Shown here: positions 1 through 9,119 of the stretch, piece by piece | Position numbering within the stretch: the first letter of the stretch is position 1 | Layout of the letters: the number at the start of each line of letters is the position of its first letter | Source of the DNA: Rhina ancylostomus | Taxonomy: Eukaryota | Assembly (NCBI GenBank): GCA_030265395.1 | Contig: JARFYF010000063.1 | Coordinates: forward strand, 84,753,294-84,817,293 | Reading direction: 5' to 3' | DNA: 64,000 nucleotides | Made by a program: the position numbers and the translations under genes | Notes under the pieces: generated by a model | Told to the model about the DNA's origin: nothing | Databases searched by the model: none | What the model saw: only the letters and a program-made list of their open reading frames with translations

Positions 1-173
1 AGGGTTGAGCAAGTACATTATCCTACCGTTTTCCTACACGTTAATGAACACATCAAGCGTTTTTCCTCTCCCTTCCCCTTGCACTTCAGCGCTCAGATCG
101 ATGTGCCGGGAGATCACGGTGCCGAGGTCGTGTTCCCGGACGGGGATACCCAATCGGCCCAGGCTCGACTCAC

Positions 174-320
174 CTTCAGTCGCGGCGGACGCTCGCCATC
201 GCGCAGTGTGACGGCCTCGGCCCGGCGACCAGATTGGGGAGGGCCTTACACCTCCGGGCCGTCCGCTACACTCCCTCCTTCCATAACCGGGCGAAACGCT
301 TCAAATCTCTCCGGCTCCGT
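174..320 (-). other. MKKS: First (5'UTR) exon of a divergent gene, probably MKKS/BBS6; 5' boundary approximate
   Basis: Strong minus-strand donor AAG|GTGAGT (exon ends at 174) inside the CpG island. Identity is inferred only from known head-to-head MKKS-SLX4IP synteny; no MKKS coding sequence is in the window. Confidence 0.55.
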
Positions 321-609
321 ACGAATGGAAACGGGAGTAATTACATTATGTTTTCTCGTCAACTCACGGGCAGTACTTTATTTTCATATTTAAATCCGGC
401 GTCAATGCAGCCCAACTACATACAAGCACAATAGATAGTAATGCGATTTGTGCGTGCGTGTTTACATTTTATTGCGAGGGAGAGTGGTGATTATATGGGG
501 AGGTTATGGGGGAGTAGGCGGCGGTGAACAGGCGCTCCCGGGTCCGAGGATCGCTGGCGCATGCGCGGTGGCATCTGGGTTTGAATCGGGCGGCGGTTGG
601 ATTGTGCCA

Positions 610-658
610 GTCAACGGTCGGGGCGGCGGCGAGCGTCAGCGGGCGCGCGGTGCGGCGG
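610..658 (+). other. SLX4IP: SLX4IP non-coding exon 1 (start approximate)
   Basis: GC-rich segment ending in CGG|GTAAGT (GT at 659-660), downstream of NRF1 and GC boxes; human SLX4IP also has a non-coding exon 1. Confidence 0.7.
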
Positions 659-1254
659 GTAAGTGGAGCGCGGGGAGGAAGGGACCCACTCGGCCTCGGC
701 CGGACGCTTGCGTGTGGGTCGGATACTGGGCCGGTTCTAACTTAAGCTGTCTGAGTCGGAAGATGTTGGGTTTCTATTTATAGAGAACTGAGCACAGCAA
801 ACTAGGTTGATTAATTCCCCCCCCAAAAAAAATATATTGCATCCATTTGCACCAACACGCAGAGCCTGTCATTATCTTCATTCAATGTACTAAGCAATTC
901 ACCTGTAACATGTCAATGTTGCTTCATCCCCGAACATTGCATCAGTGAAATGCTGTTGTACGGGGCCCAGCCCTTCGGGATCTTAGACGTGGGTCTTTCC
1001 CCAAAGCTTTGGTGATGCCTGCACCAAGCTTCCCTCAGCATCTACTCCTTCACCTTGGAACTTGCCGGCCGGCAGCATTTGGCTGTGGATGTCTCCTTGC
1101 AACTGGAAGAGCAAAAAGCTTTAGCCAGAGCAGAGTGCCTCTTTCACTGACTGAGTTGATCATCCAGCTGCAATCGACGTTTGTCTCAGTGTGTGGCCCA
1201 TGATCAGTTCGTGGAGCACAGAGTCTTGTATTATTCGGCTGTTTGGGATGAATA

Positions 1255-2460
1255 TCAAGAAAAAAAAACAAGATGCTGGAGGAACTCAGCAGGGCAGGCT
1301 GCATCTGTGGAGAAGAGCAGACATTGGACATTTCGGGTCAGGATCCTTCTTCAGGATTGAAGATAGGAAATGGGGAAGCCCTATATGTAGGGGGGGGGGG
1401 GAAACANNNNNNNNNNNNNNNNNNNNNNNNNNNNNNNNNNNNNNNNNNNNNNNNNNNNNNNNNNNNNNNNNNNNNNNNNNNNNNNNNNNNNNNNNNNNNN
1501 NNNNNNNNNNNNNNNNNNNNNNNNNNNNNNNNNNNNNNNNNNNNNNNNNNNNNNNNNNNNNNNNNNNNNNNNNNNNNNNNNNNNNNNNNNNNNNNNNNNN
1601 NNNNNNNNNNNNNNNNNNNNNNNNNNNNNNNNNNNNNNNNNNNNNNNNNNNNNNNNNNNNNNNNNNNNNNNNNNNNNNNNNNNNNNNNNNNNNNNNNNNN
1701 NNNNNNNNNNNNNNNNNNNNNNNNTTATGTAACTGTCGGGTTCCGCAGTGGCACTGATGCAGTCGTCAATGTATCGGAGAAAGAGTTGAGGAGTGGGGCC
1801 AGAGTAGGCTTGGAACAGAGACTGTTCAACATAACCAAAGAAAAGGCAGGCATAGCTGTGTCCATGCGAGTGCCCATGGCTAACCCTTTAGTCTGTAGAA
1901 AGTGAGAGGAATTGAAAGAGGAGTTGTTTAGCATGAGGACAAGTTCATCCAGGTGGAAGAGAGTGTTAGTGAAAGGGGACTGGTTTTGTCTCTGGTCAAG
2001 AAAGGAGCGGAGGGCAGTGAGGCTGTCGTGATGGAGAATGGAGATATATAGGGAATGGCCGTCCATGGTGAAGATGAGGTTGTACATGCCAGAGAACTTT
2101 AAAGCTATGGAAGAGTTGGAGAGCTTGTGAGGTGTTATGAATGTAGATGGGAAACCCTCCTCTCCCCCCATGGGCCACCTGCCTCCATACCTTTGACCCA
2201 TCCCCTGGTGGATCTGTTCTCCCCTTCTCCCCCGCATCTGCCTATCACTGTCTCTTACCTGCATCTATCTCTCACCATCTTGTCCCCACCCTGCCGCCCC
2301 TCTTTTGTCCCCTTTTCTTATCTTCAGTCCTGAAGAAGGGTCCTGACCCGAAACGTTGACCATCTGCTTTTCTCCATGGCTGCTGCCTGGCCTGCTGAGT
2401 TCCTCCAGCATCTTGTTTTTTCAGCTAGATTACAGAATCTGCAGTTCTTTGTTTTTCTAA
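1255..2460 (-). mobile_element. Penelope-like element (PLE): 5'-truncated RT fragment flanked by inverted pseudo-LTR copies
   Basis: Minus-strand peptide LIFTMDGHSLYISI...ELVLMLNNSSFNSSHFLQTKGLAMGTRM (1725-~2145) is PLE-type RT; 1262-1365 and 2320-2422 are inverted copies of one another; gap at 1407-1724. Confidence 0.85.
2327..2360 (+). ncRNA. Minimal type I hammerhead ribozyme-like motif in the PLE pseudo-LTR
   Basis: GTC-CTGAAGA-A-GGGTC-CT-GACCC-GAAA-CG-TT-GAC: core CUGANGA and GAAA, 5-bp stem II, palindromic ACGT stem III, GTC/GAC stem I. Confidence 0.65.
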
Positions 2461-2504
2461 AAAAAAGACCATTGCTTTCTGTTGATGCCTGTCAGACCAT
2501 TCTC

Positions 2505-3172
2505 CCTGAAAGTGGTTGCACAAATTGACGGGGTGGTAAAGAAGGCATATGGCATGCTTGCCTTTACTAGGTGAGGCATTAAGTTCAAGAGTCAGGAAGT
2601 TATGTTGCAGCTTTACAAAACTTTGGTTAGACTGCATCTGGAATATTGCATTCAGTGCTGGTTGCCCCATTATTGTTTGTGGAGATTTTGGAGCAGGTGC
2701 AGAAGAGATTTACCAAGATACTGCCAGGATTAGAGGGCATGTCCTATGAGGAGAGGTTGGACAAACTTGGGTTGCTTTCTCTGGAGTGCCAGGGGCTGAG
2801 GGGTGACCTGATAGAAGTTTATAAGATTATGATGGGCAGAGATCGACGGCCAGTATCTTTTTCCCAGGGTCTAGTATTAGAGGGTATGCATTTAAGGTGA
2901 GCGGAGGTAAGCTCAAAGGAGATGTGCATGACAAGTTGTTTTCCACAGTAGTGGGTGCCTGAAATGCATTGCCAGGGGTGGTATTGGAGGCAAATACAGT
3001 AGACGTGTTTAAGATGCTCTTAGATAGGCACGTGAATATTGCAGAGAATGGAGGGATATGGACTTGTGTAGGCAGAAGGGACTAGTTTAGTAGGTCTTTA
3101 ATTACTAGTTTAATTCACTTGGCATCGTGAGCTGAAGAGTCTGTTCCTGTGCCCCTCTGTTCTATGTTCTAT
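2505..3172 (+). mobile_element. CR1-type LINE 3' fragment
   Basis: Decayed ORF2 C-terminus (LEQVQKRFTKILPGLEGMSYEERLDKLGLLSLE..LRGDLIEVYKIM) followed by a 3'UTR ending in ttctatgttctat. Confidence 0.9.
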
Positions 3173-3189
3173 TGCATCCTTTCTTGATA

Positions 3190-4650
3190 AACACACAGTC
3201 TACAGGGCAGTGGTTGACCTCATCCACTCCGTGACCACCATTGAGAGCAACCTGCCATGGGATTGAAATTCCAGCTGTACATGAATAATCTTAAAGGAAC
3301 GTCCTTTTTCTTCACCAGCTATGTGAGGTCTTAGTGTTTGTGAGTTCTGGTGATGACGCATTCTGCCAAATGACTTTGGAAATCATCCCACAGAATCCAC
3401 CTCTTCCTTCTCCCGTAGGGTCTCCAGGACTGACATGCAAACCACTACCTATTTGACTTGTGGTCAAAGTGTTCTTTTTCTGCAGAAATTTTTCTACATA
3501 GGGGGTGGTGTTGAATGGAATATTCTGCGGCAATGAAGCTAGGCCCACCCTTTGAAAGAGAGGGGATTGGCAGAACCTCGGTGTGTGGTGACACTTGGTG
3601 TTTGCTTGGCCAGGTTCTACAAACGGCTTGACACAGTCATACACAGGAGTGGCTATAACAATGAGAGCTAGGTTAGGTACAGTTTTCCTCTTGGAGGCCT
3701 TATGGACACGATTCATTTTGGATCTCCAGATAAAATAGAAAGTGGTTCAGGTCACTACTGTGGTTCAGGAGTGGTGTATGTGCTTCAACATCTGGTGTCT
3801 CTCCTACCATCAGGGGGGAGTGCTGCTCCACATTTCCTCCTGTTTCAGCTTGGCTATTTGGCCAATTCCTGCCATGTGTCCCATATCCTGCAAACCAGAT
3901 TCCCAGCACCTTCAAGGATTTGTGCTTGGTCAGTTGAACCAATGGTCAAAGAACGTGGTTTCAATTTGTAGAGATTAACTCTGGCCCTCAGGTTAATTCA
4001 AACTAATCGCAGATGCTGATCAATCTGCTGATCAACAATGGATCTAGGGAGGCTCTAACTTGAGTGTTCCTGCTGTCTGGGATTCTTGTCCCCTTTATAC
4101 CCATGTCCTTCCTGATGCATTCAGTAATACACACCAACAAGACTGAGTAGAGACAGCAACCTTGCCTGACTCCAGATTTGATAAGGAATCTTTCTGTGCA
4201 TGTAGGATATTCTGTCAGAGGCCTCAGGACTGTTCTTATCAGGTATGTATCCACCTCCTCACCCCAAACCCTACTGTCCTGCATATAGATGTTTGTATTC
4301 CTAAGCAGCGCAAGGCTGTTAGAGGCAGTTCTGCCAGGTATGGTGCAGGTCTGGTCTTGGTGGATCACCGGCTCTAGAGCAGACTCGACTCAATGCCAAT
4401 GGTCTTGGGACAAAATCTTGTAATCTGCATTTAACCATGAGGTGGGTTGCCAACTTCTGATCTCATCCTTCTCCCTTTTCTGCTTGAAGATGAGAGTGGA
4501 ATTGCCTTTCCTCATGGATTCTGACATGCTGCCAGCTAGAAGCATAGCACTGTACACTTCCAGCAGGTCACTTCCATCCAGTTCCACAGAGCCAAGTGCA
4601 ATTCGGCTGCTAAGCAGGCACTTCCTAGAGATTGATTCTGTAGATAGAGC
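3190..4650 (-). mobile_element. Tx1/L1-clade LINE RT remnant
   Basis: Fragmented peptides LIFKQKREKDEIRSWQPTSWLNADYKILS, IHQDQTCTIPGRT, SGVRQGC and LKVLGIWF. Confidence 0.8.
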
Positions 4651-4699
4651 TTGTCAGCTACTCCAGGGTCAATGGCTGGTGCACCTAGTTTTCTACCCT

Positions 4700-4832
4700 A
4701 CCTCTTCCTTGTACTACTATATATTGGCTATCTTTCCCTTCTCCCTTAGCCCTGATGCAGGGTCTTGACCTTAAATATGGTCTCCCCAGATGCTGCTTGA
4801 CCTGCTGAGTTCTTCCAGCATTCTGTTTTTTG
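4700..4832 (+). mobile_element. Short PLE pseudo-LTR fragment
   Basis: cctgatgcagggtcttgacc...gatgctgcttgacctgctgagttcttccagcatt, similar to 2320-2422. Confidence 0.75.
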
Positions 4833-6279
4833 TTATTGCTTTGAAATTGTGTACATAGTTTTGTAAACCATGAGTATTTTGATGCAAGTTAATTTCATTG
4901 TTCTGATTGCTTGGATCAAGTTAGTCAAAAATCCTTTGATGACATTACACTACACTTTTTTACAACAAATTATAATTTTGATAGTTGACAGGCTGTAATT
5001 GTAAAATGTAATTTTAGACAAGTTAAGACTTGATCAGCTTGCTTTCAGCACATCATTATAAAAGTCATTGCATGTGCACTGAACCATGAAACACCAATTC
5101 AACAGAAACTTAATGTATGGGAAGTATTCTTAAGTTTTTCAATATTCTAAGTGGTTCAATTGTCGATGTAACAGAATACTCAATTGCAGTATTGTCTGGG
5201 AAAATCTGAAAATATGCTAAAACATAGGATGTTATAAACCTCAATTGTAAAACCAATTGCTGCCTTTGTTGGTAATATTGTTGCTGTTTGAGACCAGAAA
5301 AAAATGGGATTACCACAGCAATGACTCTTTTGGGCCATTTTCTGGGCCATTATGCACTAATCACAATTAAAGTGGGAGTAGAAGTTTCACTGCCTCTAAA
5401 ATTGGGGAGGTTAAAAGACTCAGTATCTATCATCTCTAATTGGAAGTGCAGATTTGTGGATGTTGCTAAGGATTGCATTAGCATTGATGTTATGATCTTG
5501 TGTTTGGCAAAATCCATAGGCATTAGTACTGGAACCTGAAAGAAATGAGGGAGATTGCTTGGTACCTCAGTGACTAGTCAATGATTTCAGAAAGGGGAAA
5601 AGCTTGGAGGTAGAGAAAATGATATAAAAATAATCACATGGCAGAATTTTCTAAATTGATGTTGGTTAAACTTGAGTATATGTTATCTTCATTTCTCACT
5701 AATAATTTGCATTAAATTTTATGGTAAAATAATGAATAAATTCCTTGCAGTACAATTTGATCATCTTTGAGGAGCTTGGCAGATAATCATGGTCTTTCTG
5801 GGATCAAGTTGTCCTCAAAATAGAATGCCTGCTGCTGTTAGTTTGGAATTACTGAGTCGATCCTGCTTGATGAAGGTTGGGTAATCTGAGTTTATCAGAC
5901 CTTTGGTGCTTAAAGTCTGNNNNNNNNNNNNNNNNNNNNNNNNNNNNNNNNNNNNNNNNNNNNCAGGGAAGGGTTAGGATTCTTCACACTTGGCTTCAGA
6001 TGACTCTGCTTAATAGGTTGGTCTGATTCAAGCTGGACAAGTGCCCTGTACTGATGGATACCATACATTCTGTTATGGAAAAAATAGTTACTTGATCCAT
6101 TAAATATGCTTGTTTAAAGGGAATCATAGATGCTGCACTAATTATTTAAACTGCTCAGGTTTAGCTGGCTAAATTCTGGCAGCAACCTACACACTGTCTG
6201 TCTAATATCTATGGTGGTGCAGTAGGTATTTTATTGTTTCTAAATTTTCAAAGACGTGAAGGCTTTNNNNNNNNNNGGG

Positions 6280-6650
6280 AAAAACGACTCTCATATGTAT
6301 TGCATCTTTCAGAACTTCTGAGTAGTGATTTTTATGTGTTCATCAAGATTCCACAAACAGAAAACAATGACCAGTATGGGTATTTTTTTTGACTGGCTCG
6401 ATTGAGTAAGGTAGTCTTGTCCACGACTCTGAGAACTTATTACACATTGAATAGCACCAGAGCTCTTCTTATGTTCATCCAAACATGTGTATGGTTTAAC
6501 ATTCCATTTTTAAAAAATCCCTAAAATTGGAGTGGTTCCTCCACTACATTTCAGATATCAGCCTGGATTTTATGTTGTTGTTTTGAAAGAGGACTGAAAT
6601 CCACAATCTTTTTGACCAGCAGATGAGTGTTGCCATCGAAACAAATTGGC
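6280..6650 (-). mobile_element. Degenerate Deu-domain SINE (SacSINE1-like)
   Basis: Reverse complement resembles the copies at 11030 and 28205 (tcagcctggatttt, gttcatccaaac, ggtttaac). Confidence 0.5.
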
Positions 6651-6791
6651 ACTATGTGTTCATGCTTAATTTAATATTTTCTTCCATCCCATGGTTTTTA
6701 TAGCTTTACTTAGATTGGCTGGCCTATTCTGTGAATGAGAATCTAGTACTTTATTAAACTATCATTGCAGGTTAAGCAGGATATTGCAGTA

Positions 6792-6818
6792 ATGCCCTCA
6801 AACAAGTTTGTACTTAAG
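6792..6818 (+). CDS. SLX4IP: SLX4-interacting protein, first coding exon (exon 6771-6818): MPSNKFVLK
   Basis: Acceptor ttgcag at 6770, ATG at 6792, donor AAG|GTAAGT; 27 coding nt resembling human MASKKFAVK; phase 0. Confidence 0.9.
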
Positions 6819-7124
6819 GTAAGTCTTCCATTTTTTCCCTTATGATATTTATAAATATTTCATGTTTTTATTATTGTAGCTTATATAAAATAACTTCTTT
6901 GATTAAGACTAATGCTTGTCTTACCTCATTCTTGTTTTAAAACACTTTTTTAGTTTCTTTAAAAATACAATAAATAATAGTATTTTAAATTGCCACATAA
7001 AAAGGTGATTGCACTTATTAAACCCTTTGGCCTTTAATTTGTAGACCAGTTCACAAATTATCCACCCACCTGCCCATCAGCCACTACCTGCGTCATTTCT
7101 AGAAAAGTCTGTGGTTCCAACATT

Positions 7125-7920
7125 AGCTTCATCTTGCAGGAGAGAAGAGAATCAGAGAAGTTTTGGGAAATTCCAGAGATTTGGACTTTGTCAGTTGAAG
7201 GCATTGCCACCATTGGTAGACCAGTTAAATTTGGGAATACCCTAGAGGTTAGAATTGGAAGAGTGAAGATATCTCAGAGCATTTTGAGGCTGGAGGATAT
7301 TATAGAGATAGGAAGGGAAAACCATTGAAGGATTTGAAATTGGGGATGAGAATTTTAAAATTGAGTTGCTGCTTAACTGGGAAGCAGTGTAAGTCAGAAA
7401 ACACAGGTGTTGAATGACCATGACACAACTTTGAAGGTATGCAGTAGAGCAGTGGATGACCTGAAGTTTATGGAGAATAGAACAAGAGAGCCTAGCTAAC
7501 AGAAAGTAGAGATAAGTGAAGCCTAAAGATAACAAAGGGATGACGGTTTCAGCAGCAGATAAGCTTGGGTGTAGGCAGAATTGGGTGATGTTACAGAAGT
7601 GCAAGTTGGCAACCTTTGTAATTGGGTGACCATGAAGTCAGAATGCAACTTGGAGTTACGTAGCACGAAAGCTGTAAATAATTTGGATTATTTTTGGACA
7701 GTTGCCAGGGAGAAGAGTGGAGTTGGTGAATAGGGAACAAAGTTTGTGACAGGATTATGTTTGTACTTAACATTTAGGTTGAGGAACTTTCCTCTTTGAT
7801 TTTGGATATTGGACAAATAATCTGCAGTTTAGTGATAGTGGTGGTGTCAAGAGTGAGTAATGAGGTAAAGCTGAATATCATCAGCATACATGTTAAAACT
7901 GAGGTGATATTTTCAGACAA
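7125..7920 (-). mobile_element. L2-type LINE 3' remnant
   Basis: Decayed peptide HPSLSAAETVI...LHKLQVI...ILKF...PSYLYNILQP, typical of an L2 ORF2 C-terminus. Confidence 0.6.
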
Positions 7921-8070
7921 ATAGATGATCATGGAATTCTAATCATTCACTTACCTTTTTGTTTTCATTTTGACCCGAGTGTAGCTCCACCAATTACTTT
8001 CTCTTGGTGCAGTTGCCACTTTTAGTGCTTGATGAATTTTCTGCATTTGGAGTTGAGTCTTGGGTGGTAT

Positions 8071-8742
8071 TGTAGCGGCTAGCTATACTGAATAAAGACT
8101 CGAGACACTTGTTTGGAGTCCAAGAGTCGAATGAACGACTGGGGTGTGCTGCCCCTTTAATAAACACAGTTTCCGCGCTGACGTCATGCGCAGGTCACGT
8201 GACCTTCCCGCGCGTGGGCTCCCCTAGCCCAACAAAGAAGGAGTGCCCCACGCCATCTTGTGTCGGGGCCTCTGATGACGCTCGCGATCCTGGGAGCCGG
8301 TTCGTGAAAGGTAAGTCGCCACATACCCCACTCCCCCCCCCCAGAACCTGTGACACTGTCGCGAAAACCAGGAGTAAATAAACTATGACTTGGATGGCCT
8401 GCCCTTGCGTCATGCCGGCTGGACCACTNNNNNNNNNNNNNNNNNNNNNNNNNNNNNNNNNNNNNNNNNNNNNNNNNNNNNNNNNNNNNNNNNNNNNNNN
8501 NNNNNNNNNNNNNNNNNNNNNNNNNNNNTGTTTGGAGTCCAAGAGTCGAATGAACGACTGGGGTGCGCTGCCCCTTTAATAAACACAGTTTCCGTGCTGA
8601 CGTCACGCACAGGTCATGTGACCTTCCCGCACGCGGGCTCCCCTAGCCCAACAAAGAAGGAGTGCCCCGCGCCATCTTGTGTCGGGGCCTCCGACGACGC
8701 TCATGATCCTGGGAGCCGGTTTGTGAAAGGTAAGTCGCCACA
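8071..8742 (-). mobile_element. LTR retroelement (probably Ty3/Gypsy) with two LTRs; internal region mostly hidden in a gap
   Basis: Left LTR 8071-8323 (253 bp, TG...CA, termini TGTAGCG/CGCCACA); right LTR visible at 8529-8742; TSD GTAT at 8067-8070 and 8743-8746; minus-strand polypurine tract at 8324-8343; 100-N gap at 8429-8528. Confidence 0.9.
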
Positions 8743-9119
8743 GTATCATGAGGGAAACCCTTGCTTCCTGTGCACAACTCCAACTATTCACATTATTGAT
8801 CAACAGGAGTATATTGTTATCAGTGCACCAGGATTACACTTGGGGTTAGCTGTGATAGTTCTCCAATTGTTTATGTAACAGCCTTTGTCTCACAAATCAA
8901 GATTGATCACTTAGCCAAGGTACTGGACGGCAGCCATCATTTTATAGAACCAAATCATAATAGCTGTCTACCTTCAGAGAAATGAAAGGAGTTTTTGGAA
9001 ATCTCCTTAGATATGTCCTTTTAATTTTAAAATTCTCCAGATTTTGTTTTTAAAATATACTTTTATTCTTAATCAAAGCTCTGAGATTAAATCATGATAA
9101 ATTATTTTTTCATGATATT

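Larger units (their letters stand above)
100..735. promoter_or_regulatory. CpG-island bidirectional promoter (SLX4IP on +, probable MKKS on -)
   Basis: Dense CpG/GC in two lobes (~100-320, ~510-735) within AT-rich DNA; NRF1 palindrome GCGCATGCGC 557-566; GC boxes GGGCGG 588-593 and 621-626; outward-facing splice donors at 659 (+, GTAAGT) and 173 (-, GTGAGT). Confidence 0.85.

Noticed and set aside
176-178. In-frame TGA just before the minus-strand donor read as a selenocysteine codon
   Set aside because: No selenoprotein similarity and no SECIS can be assessed; a uORF stop is the simpler reading.
413-432. ACTACA as a ZNF143/THAP11 site
   Set aside because: Lacks the TCCCA half of the motif.
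5-783. Several 66-111 aa ORFs over the CpG island
   Set aside because: Mostly non-ATG starts, no recognisable homology, and expected by chance in GC-rich DNA.
1191-1905. Long ORFs spanning N runs (also near 8184-8878, 40584-41139, 57519-57867, 59815-60120)
   Set aside because: Their length comes from translating gaps as X.
8110-8742. LTR pair as a gap-flanking assembly duplication
   Set aside because: A TSD, a PPT and 13 CpG-type differences argue for two real LTRs.
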